Part shown: positions 63,871 to 64,000 of the stretch, piece after piece
How positions within the stretch are numbered: position 1 is the stretch's first letter
How the letters are laid out: the number at the start of each line of letters is the position of its first letter
Assembly (NCBI GenBank): GCA_951406725.2
Contig: OX597819.1
Span: 121,582,001 to 121,646,000, forward strand
Length of the DNA stretch: 64,000 nt
Source: Octopus vulgaris
Taxonomy: Eukaryota
Direction: 5' to 3'
Made by a program: the position numbers and the translations under genes
The notes under the pieces: model-generated
Told to the model about the DNA's origin: nothing
The model's database searches: none
The model's input: only the letters and a program-made list of their open reading frames with translations

Positions 63871-64000
63871 GTTTGAAACAAGAAGTAGATAGACAGCCAG
63901 CAACTAATGAAGGGTCCTTTCCCTGTGTTAACATGTCCTGTGTTTTATATTTTTCTCGTTGTTTACGTATTTCATATTATTTGCACCATTGGTGACGTCC

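Noticed and set aside
63895-63935. CAACTAATGAAGGG...CCC resembling a hammerhead start at the window end
   Set aside because: The core is CTAATGA with no GAAA, and the element is cut by the window edge, so it cannot be supported.

Overview
This is AT-rich, microsatellite-saturated eukaryotic non-coding DNA, either a long intron or intergenic sequence. It is not prokaryotic: there are no operons, no CRISPR array and no rRNA. The repeat complement is most consistent with a coleoid cephalopod, probably Octopus (inference from recalled repeat families, not database-checked). It includes tRNA-headed SINEs with a central (TA/TG)n tract, Meta-domain-like SINEs, RTE-type (ATG)n-tailed elements, TTAA MITEs and extreme (TA)n/(CAT)n/(TAA)n density. 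Almost every ORF in the track is a translation of simple repeats. Recognisable protein remnants come only from transposons: an RTE LINE 3' end, three CR1/L2-group LINE 3' ends, two R4/Dong-like RLE-LINE 3' ends and a Helitron RepHel fragment. One unique segment (4921-5093, minus strand) may be the terminal exon of a host gene with a hydrophobic C-terminus. No complete novel system can be demonstrated. The best leads are: (i) a Penelope-like inverted-repeat element with a degenerate minimal hammerhead ribozyme in one arm and a clean deletion of it in the other; (ii) a retro-element family whose 5' VNTR unit can fold as a compact H-type pseudoknot, expanded to an 8 x 66-bp array; (iii) an A-B-A-B-A GC-rich insertion with 62-bp duplications; (iv) a LINE/SINE pair with a covarying 3' stem-loop; and (v) several fold-back palindromes.
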